Assembly: GCA_050613775.1 (NCBI GenBank)
Contig: JBODTK010000140.1
Location: 372,001 to 436,000 of the forward strand
Source: Neocallimastix sp. 'constans'
Lineage: Eukaryota
DNA length: 64,000 nucleotides
Direction of reading: 5' to 3'
Shown here piece by piece: positions 1-12,100 of this stretch. A program made the translations under genes and the position numbers. Positions within the stretch are counted from its first letter, which is position 1. Each line of letters starts with the position of its first letter. The notes beneath the pieces were generated by a model that worked only from the letters and a program-made list of their open reading frames with translations, ran no database searches and had not been told where the DNA came from.

Positions 1-2049
1 AAATTACTGATGATGGTGTAGTCATTAATAAGTTTCTTGTACCAGCATAATAAATATTTGTAATAGAGGCTGGAGTCTTAAATTGCTTAGTAGTTTCATT
101 TTTAATATCTTTAATATAAATTTGCTTTTAAAATATAGTAAATTCATTATTAATACAATATAATTAAATTTTATTATTCAATAATGTTTATATATTTTCA
201 TATTTGAAATCAATAAAATTTAATTATTATTTCATAAATTATATTTACTTGTTCATTTTTATTGAATACTGCAAAACGATTACGAGCAACAAATACAGCA
301 TTATAACCTGTACCATGTTTTGGTTCTATTGAATCATGACCTTCATTTTTTTGATCTCTTGGTAACATATACAATTCATACATACCTTCGTCTGTAGTCT
401 GTTAAATGAAAATTAATTAAATGTTTAATTATTATTAAAATAATTATTCAATATTTTGATCTAATTTCTAAATTATCTGAAATAATATATCACTTACATA
501 GCAAACAAGTAAAGCATTTTCAATTGGATTGTATGAAATAGTTCTTGGTGGAGTATAAGTTCCAGATCCAGTTCTAAGCGGCATAATAGGAATGTCCTTG
601 TTATCAAAATCATACATTCTAATATTTTTATCTTTAATAAAGAATAAAGTATTTTGATAAGTAGTAGATGCAATTCTTTCTCTTTCTAACTTAAATACAA
701 TTAAACCATTATCATGACCTATTTAATATATTTATAAATAAGTTTCATTAAATCATTTAATTCTTTAAAAATTAAAATTTCTTAAGAAATTGTTATTACC
801 AGCAGCAAAGAGATTAAGTTCTGGATGAGCAGTAATAACCCAGAATCGATCATGTTCTCTCTTGAAAGTTTGCAAACAAGTTCTCTTTGTCATATCCCAA
901 ATTCTTATTGTTTTATCTTCAGAATCACTAATAATTAATTCTTGGTGTGGATGGAAAATAACACAAGAAATATTGTTGTAATGACCACGACAAGTATCAA
1001 CTTCCCATGCCTTAGTTTCTATTATTATTTTATTTTATTATTATTTGTTTATTATTATAATTTATTGATTATATAGTTTTTTATTGATAATTCTATATAT
1101 GTATATATAATATAATATTAATTATATATAATAATACCATTCATTCTCCATAATTTAACTTGTCTATCATCAGCGCCTGAAACAATTAATGGGTAAGTTG
1201 GATGAAAAGCAGCCCAATTTACACCACGATCATGACCTTCTAATACAAACTTAACTACAGCATCTGAAGTACCAAACAAATCTGGTTGATTTCTATTATT
1301 TCTATTATCTTCAAAACTATTTATTCCTGGAGCTGCATGTTTCTTAACGAGACCTATTTAATAATTTTTAATTTATAGATTTTAATAACAAAAATATTAT
1401 GAACTTTTTATTAAAATCTAACTTTTTTAATACACTTACCACTAATATCCCATACTCTTACTGTTCGATCTAATGAAGCTGAAACAATTAAATCTTCTTT
1501 TGGATGGAATTGTGCACACATAACATAGTGATTATGTCCAGTAAGAATTGAAATACAATTTCTTGATTGCCAATTCCAAATACGAATAGTTTGATCATCA
1601 GATGCTGATATAATCCATGGATGCTCATGATGGAAATAAGTTGTACGAATATAATCTAAATGACCCGTTAATGTAAAAAGACAACGCTTTTGTTTCCAAT
1701 TCCAAACTTTAACTTTATAATCATCACCACCAGAAACAAATAAAGGTTGAGTTTGATGGAACGCTATTCCTCTTACAGGACCTATAATTAATGAATTATT
1801 TATTATGTTATTATAAAAAAAAAAAAAAAAATTAATCTTTTCCTGTATATATTTTACTATATTTTTTAATACATTTATAAATACTTTATAATTTTTCAAC
1901 TTCTTATAAACGCATATATATTTATTTACTACTATAAAATTAATTTCTAAAATTTATATATTTTTTTTATTTAATTAAATTTCTAAACTAAAATTTTTCA
2001 TCTATAAAATATTTAAATATATAATTCTTTTTCTACCGAATTTTATTAG

Positions 2050-2084
<35 letters not shown>

Positions 2085-2297
2085 TTATAACATTTTAATG
2101 TTATAATATTTTTTGATGGAAAAATATATATATATATATTAACCTTCATGCTCTTCAAATTTATCTATTAATGTTCCCATTTTATAATCCCAAAGTTGAA
2201 TTGTACCATTATGTAATGATGCAAGAATCCAAGGTCTCTTTGGGTGGAACGAAAGACCTTTAACTCTATTTGATTTTGTTTCAAATTTTGAAAGCAT
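1..2297 (-). CDS. COP1: Coatomer subunit alpha (alpha-COP), 5' portion; exons approx. 2297-2144, 1781-1440, 1353-1138, 1018-800, 718-498, 398-249, 124-<1
   Basis: Spliced translation starts [38 protein letters not shown]... and continues [27 protein letters not shown], the alpha-COP N-terminal WD40 propeller. All introns are GT-AG and keep frame. The gene continues beyond position 1. Confidence 0.95.
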
Positions 2298-3364
2298 ATT
2301 ATTAAAATTGCATATATATATATATATAAATTTCTATCTATTGATTTATATTTTAATAAAACAATATAATAATATTAATATTTTTTCTATATTTTATTTT
2401 TTATTATTTTGTTTACTATTTTATAACTGAAAACAAAAATTATTTTAATTTAATTTGAAATTATATAAATTAGAAAATAAAATCAAATTTATATTTTATT
2501 TATTATTATTTTATAATTATATACCAATAATTTAATTCTAGATTATATTCACAATTGATTTATTGTAAAATTTTATTTAATGTCAATATAAATATAATAA
2601 ATAAAAATAAAAATAAAATATATTATATTGTTTTATTATTGTTTTATTTTAATTTCAGCATTGGTTTTGTGGTTTTTTAATTTTAATTTTTGTTTTGTTT
2701 ATAAAAAAATATAATAAAATAAAAATAATAATGATAATTATTAATATAAATTATAATGTTTATAAATATAAAAAAGCTTTTAAAAAACAATTATTTATTA
2801 ATAAACATTAATAATAATAAATTTGAAAAATAAATATTTATATAATTAAATAAATAAATAATAGCAATAATAAAAATCCTCTATACAAATATATTATTTT
2901 TTTATTTAGTTATTATATTTTATTTTTTCGTTTGTTTGTTTATTGATTAATATTATTTAAACTTTATATTTACTTTTTCTTTCTTCCCTTTTAATATATT
3001 ATCTAATTTATTATATAAGTTTTATTATTCTTTTTCTAAAATTTATTTTTAATTAAGTATTAATTTTAAGTAGAAGAAGAAGAAAAAAAAAAACTTTAAT
3101 TTTACTTTTTTTTTTTTCTTCTTTCAATTTTTTATTTATTTATTTAAAAGTCTTATTTCTTTATTTTAAATATATATTTGAAAATTTAATTAAAAGTTTT
3201 CATATTAATATTACTAATGATTATATTTATGGTTTATACATTAGATTTATTGCAAATCATATTAACAAATCATAGAATAACACATTAATGTATGTACTGT
3301 TACTAATTAACAATTTATAATCATGTTGGGAACATGTGTAAATATAATCTTTATAATAAATTTC

Positions 3365-3520
3365 TTTTTTTTTTTTTTTTTTTTTTTTAGACTGGGAATA
3401 AACTTTATTTAATAATATTTATTAAAAAATACATAAATTTATATTAATATTAAAAAATTATGAGTTTCGAGGATGAAATGGTCTCAAACTTTTCCCATTC
3501 ATTGATTATAATTTCATGAA
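3365..3520 (-). mobile_element. Short 5'-truncated LINE 3' end (3' UTR plus poly-A), same family as the LINE at 24880-26774
   Basis: The reverse complement (catgaaattat...ccatttcatcctcgaaac...aataaatattattaaataaagtttattccc + A24) aligns with the 3' UTR and tail at 26585-26774 (catgaagttat...tcatttcttccttgaaat...aataaatattattaaataaagtttattcct + A33). Confidence 0.8.
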
Positions 3521-4235
3521 TTTTGATACAAGATATTTATGTACTATGTACTTATAAATATATTAAAATTTAATAATATTTTATTTTAATATCATATCCA
3601 TAAAATAATATTTATTAATAATTATTATTATTATTATTAAATTTTAGCCAAAACATATTTTATAATTGTAATATTGTAATATATATCCATTCCGAAATAA
3701 ATATAATAATTCATCTTAATAAAATAAATATAAAAACTTATTTACTGTCGTTTTGATTTATATAAATAACAAATATTATTAATTATTATTAATCTTAAAT
3801 TATTATTATCAAAATAATAATATACAAAAATTAGATCATAAAATGAAAAATAAAATATTAATATTACTTTTTTTAAAAAAAAAAAAAAATGAATTATAAA
3901 TTGTAAAAAAAAAATAAATTTATTTACACTATAATAAACATATATATATATATATTTTTGTGTATTAATTTTAATTTTAAATATATGATTTTATTAAAAT
4001 TTTTAAATAAAAAAATATTTAAAATGTTTAATTATTTTGTGGGTTGATTAATTAAAATAAAATTGTCTCTTTTTTTTTTGAGAAAAAAAATAAATTAAAA
4101 TAACTTCATATTTATATAAATTTATTCATTTTTAATAATAATAATATATATAACCTTTATATCTAAATAAAAATTGAAAAAAAATAAAATAAAAAAAAAA
4201 AAATTATATATATTATTTCAATAAATTTATATTCT

Positions 4236-6358
4236 TTAGTCCTTAGATTTCTTCTCTTTTTTTTCTTTTTTGTCCTTCTTATCTTTCTTATCTTTTTTTT
4301 CTTTCTTTTCTTTCTTTTCCTTCTTTTCTTTCTTTTCTTTCTTCTCCTTTTTATCTTTTTTATTATTCTTTTCTTTCTTTTCCTTCTTAACTTCAACTTC
4401 ATTATCTATTTCCTCCTCAGCCTTTCTTTTCTTTCTTGGTTCTTCTGATTTTATAGTAGAATCAGCAGCAGAATTGTATGACGATGAAGAAACAAAATTG
4501 AACTTCTTTTGCTTAGCTTTACCACTGGCAGAACCAGCATTAACAGTATGAACAGAACGTCCTTCTAATTGACGAAGACGATTTTCAATCTTATTACGTA
4601 ATTCTGTACCAACTTCTTTGGTATCCTTATCACCTAAAGCATCACAACGAACTGAAATAGCAGCTTTAGAAGCAACAGTACGAGCCATCTTACCCTTTAA
4701 TTTTGGACCTGCTTGACCAACGTATGAGGCGTGATATATGAGACCATATTTTGGAGTATCATGCTTTGTTTTAAGGGCACGGAATAAAGCCTTTTCAGCA
4801 CCTAAAATTTGAACAGTAGAAGCCGGATGTTTAGCAAGATTTAATAATGAACCAGCATGAGCAATTAAACGAGCTCCAACTAACTCTCCAACTAATGTTG
4901 TTAAATTTGGAGCAATAGCTTGCATACGATTCTTTAAGTAATCATAAAGTTGAGTACGATATTCAGTAAGAGAAATAATTTGATCACATAAAAGATGAAT
5001 ATTTTCAATATCTTCTTCACTGATTTCAGTACCCATAGAAATTTCAGCGGCTTCCTTAACTTCTTTTTCAAGTTCTTCTGGAAGAATATCAGAGAAATCA
5101 GTATTTTGAGCATTAGTACGGAATCCCATTGCCTTAATAGTTTTAGCATAAGCTAAATTATCAACAATAATTTTGGCAATTTCTGGGAAATGCCATCCAT
5201 ACCATTCCTTAACTCTCATAGCATAAGTATTTAATTCTTTATCAAGATCATCTAATAAATTAATTGCTTGAATAATCATAGTATCAACCTTATCTGGTGA
5301 AAACTTTAACTTATAACGAGAAAGAGAATGAGATAAACCTAAAACCATAGCATTCATATCTTCTTTTTTCATACCTGTAATTAAACTTTCATATTGAGTT
5401 CTAATACCACGCATTAATTCAAAAACTGCATTATCAGAAACAACTTGGATACCAAGTTTCTTTGTAATAGCATTACCTTTTTTAAATCATTACATTTATT
5501 ATATTTATTATTATTATTATTAATATTACCATTTATAAGATTTTAAATATTAATATAAATTATATACTTATTTTAATTATATTTATGATTAGTATTAAAA
5601 TTAATAATAAGAAACATACCTAATTTTGAATCTGAAACAGCTAATTTCTCTTTTATATCCTTTTCACTCAATTCATTTTGTAAGAATTTCTTTAAATTCT
5701 TTGAAACCTTTCCTTCAACAATAGCAGTAGCAGCTGAAAGTGCATCAGTAGTATTTTCAAACTTTGAAAAAGCTTTAAGTTTTAAACTATATAATATTAT
5801 AATTATAAAAATTAATCTTATTAATTCTAAAACCATTTTATTTTATAAGTTTGAATTTTTTAATAATGATTCCTAATTTTAATAACAACTTTTTTATTAA
5901 TTATGAATATTTAATATAATTCCTTTTATATTTATTCAATCATCTTTCTCTTATTCTTTTTAAATATATATAATATATTTATATCCTAAATAATCCTTTA
6001 TCATTATAATATTAAATAAGTAATAATTTAATCCCCAATATAAATAAATAAATATAAATATATAATACTTATTATTTTAAAATTTAAATGTTCGTATATA
6101 TATATATAATATTTATTCCACAAATTAAAAAAAAAAAAAAAAAAAAAAATTAAATTTCAATAAAATAAAAAATGCTTCTAATAATTTTATACATTAATTT
6201 TATATTATAATTTGTTTAAAATTTTTTAAAACATACATTTTATTTGCTGCTTCTGGTGTTTCAAAGTTCTTCCAAATATCATCAACATTTTTAAGTTGAC
6301 CTTCATCGGCCATTTTAAATAAAGCATAACCAGCTGGAGTCTCAAATAATACAAGCAT
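4236..6358 (-). CDS. NOP58: Nucleolar protein 58 (box C/D snoRNP core); exons 6358-6237, 5786-5620, 5476-4236
   Basis: Starts [15 protein letters not shown]. Contains [27 protein letters not shown], the Nop domain [32 protein letters not shown] and a KKE-repeat tail. GT-AG introns keep frame. Confidence 0.95.
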
Positions 6359-7690
6359 TTTGATTAAAACTCTAAATATTAAATAAAATAAAAATAAAAC
6401 TAATAAAATAAAAATAATAAAATAAAATAAAATAAAAATAAATCTATATTATAAAACTTGTTAAATTATTATAATTTTAAGAATTAAATCAATTTCAATA
6501 AATGTATTCAAATTGATTTATAGATATTGAAATCTTTTAAAGAAAATAATATATATATTTTAAAGGAATATTTTATTTAGTATAAAGTAAAATAAAATAA
6601 AATAAAATAAAAATATAAAAAAAAAATTATTTGTTTAATTTGACAAATAAATTTTCAACAAATAAAATAAAAAAAAAAAAATTTTATATTATATTAAAAT
6701 TATAATATATATACAATTAATTTAAAAATTTTAATACTTTAATTATATAAAATAATAAATTCTATTTTCTTATTAATTATTTAAAAGTAAATATAAATAA
6801 TTTAAAAAGCAAGATGAAATTATTCAATTTTAATTTATTATTATAAGTGAATTATTTATAAAATCATATATTGGCTTATTACTGAAAATTACTCTTCAAT
6901 CTTTTTCATATTAAAATTATAAATAAAAATTATCATTTTTATTAGGGTTAGGATATTATATTTTCGAATTTAAAATTTTTGATATTACATTTCATGTAAG
7001 CTTTTAAATATATATATTTATTTACTATATATTAAAAAAAAAAATCTATTTAAATTATTGATTGGATACCTTTTGAATAATTAACCAATAAAAAGGTATT
7101 ATATTATTTTAATATTATTTAAATTGATTTAATATTAAAAATGTATCATTAATACATTACAAAAATTATAAGCAAAAAAACATTATGTTGTATTTCTACT
7201 CTAACCAAGAATACTAAGGATTTATAGTATAGTAAATTTATTGTTACATACCATGATTAAGGATATAAAAATTATATTAGTAAAACTATAATTAATGAAT
7301 TTATTAAATAGTAATATAAATATTTTTTCTTATATGCTTATGTATAACATTTCACCATTTATAGAGCTATAACATTTCACCATTTATAGAAAATTTAAAA
7401 ATTTTTGATATTTATTTTAATCAAAAAATTTTAAGAATCTTTAATATTTTATATTTATTAATACTTCAAATTAATTATATTTAATAATTATAATATATTT
7501 ATTAATTATTAATTATAATTTATTTATTTATTAATAGTTTATTATTTATTATACTTTTCAATAAAATTTACAATTATTAAATTTAATTATATATATAATA
7601 CCAATTTAAAAAAAAAAAATAAAAATTTATATTATTATTTTTTATTTCAAGTATAATACTATTGACATTAAAATAAGTTATTTTTAACTA

Positions 7691-7797
7691 AAAATTTATC
7701 ATACATTAATAAATATTTTTCATATGGACAATATAAAAATTAATAAAAAAGTAATATATTAATACAATTATTTAAATTTTTAAAATTTATCATACAT
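7691..7797 (+). repeat. ~91-bp tandem duplication; the second copy is split by the outer Copia element and resumes at 20574-20659
   Basis: aaaatttatcatacat occurs at 7691 and 7782. The rest of the unit (taataaatatttttcatatggacaatat...) recurs immediately after the 3' TSD. Confidence 0.75.
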
Positions 7798-8077
7798 TGT
7801 TAGAAATAAAGTTTAATATTATGATACTTGTTAAAAATAAAGTTCAAATAGTATAGTAATTTATATTATATATATTTAAATCTCTATGTATGTATGTATG
7901 TATGTGGCTTAATACATATAATATTAATATGAAGTTATTGTGTAATTGATGTAGTAAAAAACTAATACATGTAATTAGTATAAAATAAAATAATAATTTA
8001 ATAATTAAATAAAATAGAACTTAAATAAATAAAAAAAAAAAATAAAAAATAAAATAAAATAAAAATAAAAAACAAAA

Positions 8078-8092
8078 GATTAAGAGTCTCAT
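8078..8092 (+). promoter_or_regulatory. Primer-binding site of the inner Copia, complementary to the anticodon arm of tRNA-Lys(CUU)
   Basis: gattaagagtctcat abuts the LTR. Its reverse complement ATGAGACTCTTAATC matches the anticodon stem-loop of eukaryotic tRNA-Lys(CTT) as I recall it; the host tRNA is not in the window. Confidence 0.8.
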
Positions 8093-8100
8093 TAACAGTA

Positions 8101-9141
8101 ATGAGTGAAAAAAGGAATATAACGAATACTGTTGAAGAAACAGTAAATACATTAAACCAAATAAATACAGTAAACATAGCAAATAAACCAACTACTACAA
8201 AACACCTATTAACATCAAATAACTACAGACTATGGTTAACGGATATGGATCTTTTATTAGTTATTAATGATGTTGATGACTATGTTTACGAAGAAAAGGT
8301 AAAAGTTATAAAGAAAAACAAAATAGCTAAAGAAAATCTAAAGAAATATAAAAAGGTTAGAGGTTGTGATGACCTATATTATGAAAAAGACGTCACAAAA
8401 GAAATGATAAAGCTAGATTCTTTAGCTAAGCATCTGATAAACAATAGCATATCAGATGAAATCAAAATTAAATTAGATTTTCAAAGATCTAGTGCCTATC
8501 AAATTTGGAACATTTTAAAAGCAAGTAATACTAGATCAAATGAAGAAAGGAAATTAGAATTAAAAAATAAGTTAGAGAATATGAAATATAACAAAGAAAA
8601 TGATATTTCATTATTTATTGAAGAAATGAACAACATTTTCAATGAATTAAGTAGTCTTGAAATGGAAATCAGCGATGAGAAGAAATTTGAATATCTTTAT
8701 CTCGCTCTTCCATATGAAATAACATTGGAAGTTAACATAATGGACCACGATGGGAAATGGGAAGATGTTACCAAATGTCTAAAAAAGAAGGTCCCTAAGC
8801 TAAAATATCTTAAGGAACTTAGAAAAGAAAATAACCACAAGAATAATACAGTAATAAACGTTAACTCAATGACCAAGAAAAATAGATTCACACCAAGAAA
8901 CAACAGAGGAAGAAAAAGATGTTATATATGTAACAAGCTAGGACATATAGCACGGGACTGTTGGCATAATGAAAAGAACAAAAGAAAAAAGAACAATAAT
9001 ATCAAAGCCAACAACGCAAGTATAAACAAAGAGGATGGGTATTGCGAATTTGCTGATGCTCAAATAAGCCTCGAAGATTACAATTCAGATGAAGATATCC
9101 AATCCTCATACTCCGTTCGACCGAGGCGTGGACGCTACTAA
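8101..9141 (+). CDS. gag: Copia Gag (inner element)
   Basis: 346-aa ORF just after the PBS. N-terminal NYRLW..DM motif and CX2CX4HX4C knuckle CYICNKLGHIARDC. Confidence 0.92.
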   Translation: MSEKRNITNTVEETVNTLNQINTVNIANKPTTTKHLLTSNNYRLWLTDMDLLLVINDVDDYVYEEKVKVIKKNKIAKENLKKYKKVRGCDDLYYEKDVTKEMIKLDSLAKHLINNSISDEIKIKLDFQRSSAYQIWNILKASNTRSNEERKLELKNKLENMKYNKENDISLFIEEMNNIFNELSSLEMEISDEKKFEYLYLALPYEITLEVNIMDHDGKWEDVTKCLKKKVPKLKYLKELRKENNHKNNTVINVNSMTKKNRFTPRNNRGRKRCYICNKLGHIARDCWHNEKNKRKKNNNIKANNASINKEDGYCEFADAQISLEDYNSDEDIQSSYSVRPRRGRY

Positions 9142-12100
9142 AGCAGAAAATAACATGCCGAGACAAAACCTCAGTTATTATGTGACTGCCCCGTCAACTA
9201 AAGCGAAGCTACCAAGTAATATAGTCAGTTGGACAATTGACTCCGGAGCCACCTATCACATGACAAATGCATTATCAAGTTTAATAGATAAGATAAGGTG
9301 TGAAGAAATTATCCAATTCGCTGACGGAGGTACAGTTACTGCTACGTACAAAGGTACGTACGTAGGATATATTAACAATAATGAAATTACATTACGAAAT
9401 GTATTATATATTCCTAAATTCAAAAGAAGTTTGTTGTCAATAGACAATTTAAGTGAGGAAGGTTATAAAACAATATTTTACAATTTTAATAATAAAAATT
9501 TAGTTACCATTTACAACAAAGAAGGCAAAAGGATATTTACTACCAAATCTAATAAATCCAAAATATATAAAGTATGGACTTTCAAAAATAAAATAGAATA
9601 TAATAGGGACAACAACAAAAAGACTATTACATGTGACAATATTATAAAAGCTTTCAACACAGAAAACATGGAGCTATGGCACCGCCGTCTTGGCCACTTT
9701 TATATAGATAACATTAAGGAAAAATTAAATAATATAAACATACAAAATAAATGTATAATATGTGCGTCCAAGATGAGAAATAAACCTTATAACAAAGCAA
9801 GAAACAAATCAAAAGAGCCGTTTGAACTTATACATATGGATACAGTGTCATCCCTAGATAGCTCCATATATGGAAATAAATATTTCTTAAGTATATTAGA
9901 TGATTATACCAGGTACGGATGGGTCTTTTTTATGAACTCAAAAGCCGAAGTGTTCAATATTTTCAGAAAATGGTATAAGAAAGTCACCAACATTTTCAAC
10001 AAAAATATTAAATATATACGAACCGACAATGGTACTGAGTTTACAAATAATAACTTTAGGAAATTTTGTGAAGAAAATGGTATTGAACAACAATTTTCAA
10101 TACCTTACAACCCACAGCAAAACGGAAGAGCCGAACGTTTTCAAGAAACCCTCATTTATAACGCCACCGCCATGCTCAAAGACGGTAAGCTAAATCATAA
10201 ATATTGGGAAGATGCTGTAAGGACAGCAAATTACATTCATAATAGGTTACCACATAATGGTAACAACAACAAAGTGCCTTTTGAGGAATTATATCAAGAA
10301 AAGGTCGATTATGAAAAGTTTAGAGTATTTGGTTGCCAAGTTTACTTTTATATCCCAAAACAATTTAGGCGAAAATTCAACGGAACCTCCCTTCCTGGAA
10401 TATTTTTAGGATATGATGATAAAAATCCAACAGCCTACATAATATATGATACTACAAATAATAAAATAGTCCTTTCAAGGACAGTTGAATTCTTCGAAGA
10501 TACCCCTGGTAATATTTCCGCACCTTCTACAAGACCAGAAATATATAACTTTGAGGTTAATATGGAAGAATACGATGAAAATAACAAAAATACAGTATTA
10601 CTCCAAGACTATAATAACAAAAATAAGGAACATGAAAATAAAGAGACAACAGAAAATAGAGAAGAAAATAAAAATAATAACAATATAAATAATAATGATA
10701 ATTTAAATAATTTAAATAATAATTATTTAGAAAATAATAATTTAAATAATAATAATAATAATATAAATAATAATTATCCAAATGATAATAATTTAAATAA
10801 ATATAATTTTAATAAAAATTATTTAAATGATAATAATATTAATTTTACTTATAGTCCTAATCCAAATAAAAATTTTCCCCAATCAACCAATATAATTGAC
10901 CCATATAAAAATTATAATAATTATAATATTTTACCTTTAAATAATTTAAATAGTAATATAAGTAGCAATTTACCTTTTGCAGAAAACTTAAATCCGGCCA
11001 TTTACAATTATAATGCTGGATTTATAAATCCTAATTTAAATTATTTAAATAAAAATAATTATATTCAAAATGAAAATTATAATAATTTTCTAAATGAATA
11101 TAAGGGTCATTTATATTTAAATGATAATAATTTAAATAATAATTATATTAATAAAATTATAAATTATGAAAATAATGCTCAAAATTCATCAAATTCAGGA
11201 AATTTAAACAATAAAAATTCAGAAGATAATTCTCAAGGTAAATATAATTTAATTAACAACATAAACAATAAAAATGATAAAATGGAACAATCCATACATA
11301 ATTCAAATTGTAATGATAACGTTATGAATGGAAATTCAAGTTCCATTGATAATAATTATGTAAAAAATAATTATATTCCAAATAATAATTTATATAAAAA
11401 TAATTTTAATACAAAAATGAGAATTAATAATTTATATGATGGTCAGTCGAATATGAACGATGTCCAACGTATAAATAATAATTCTAATATAAACAAAGAA
11501 TTAAATTCAAATATAAAAAATGAATTAAATTCAAATGTAAACAAAGAATTAAATTCAAATGTAAACAAAGAATTAAATTCAAAAGTAAACAAAGAATTAA
11601 ATTCAAATATAAATAATGAATTAAATTCAAATGTAAACAAAGAATTAAATTCAAATGTAAACAAAGAATTAAATTCAAATGAAAATAAAGAATTAAATTC
11701 AAATGAAAATAAAGAATTAAATAAATTAGATATGAATAATAAATCAAATAATTCTACAATATCAAATATTAATAATGATAAAGAAACACCAGATAAAACA
11801 AATAATAAGAAAACAAGTAAACGTAAAGGAAAGAGAAAACTTGATTCAGAAACAAAACCTGAATCAAAGAAATTAAAATCATCAAATTTAAAGGACAAGA
11901 ACGTTAAACGGAAAGGTAAGAGAAAACTTGATTCTGAATTAAAACCAGAATCAAAGAAAATAAAATCATTTGATTTAATGGATATAATAGAAGATAATTT
12001 TTCTTTATTATCTACAAAGGAGGAGCTGTGTGAACCCTATAATTATCCTGATATATTCAATAAAATTGATAAAAATGAATGGTTACAAGCAGTCAAGGAG

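Noticed and set aside
4163..4551. ORFs 4163-4402 (-) and 4270-4551 (+)
   Set aside because: Alternative-frame and antisense shadows of the NOP58 KKE tail.
5787..6236. Intronic box C/D snoRNA in NOP58 intron 1
   Set aside because: No RUGAUGA/CUGA box pair was found on the sense strand.
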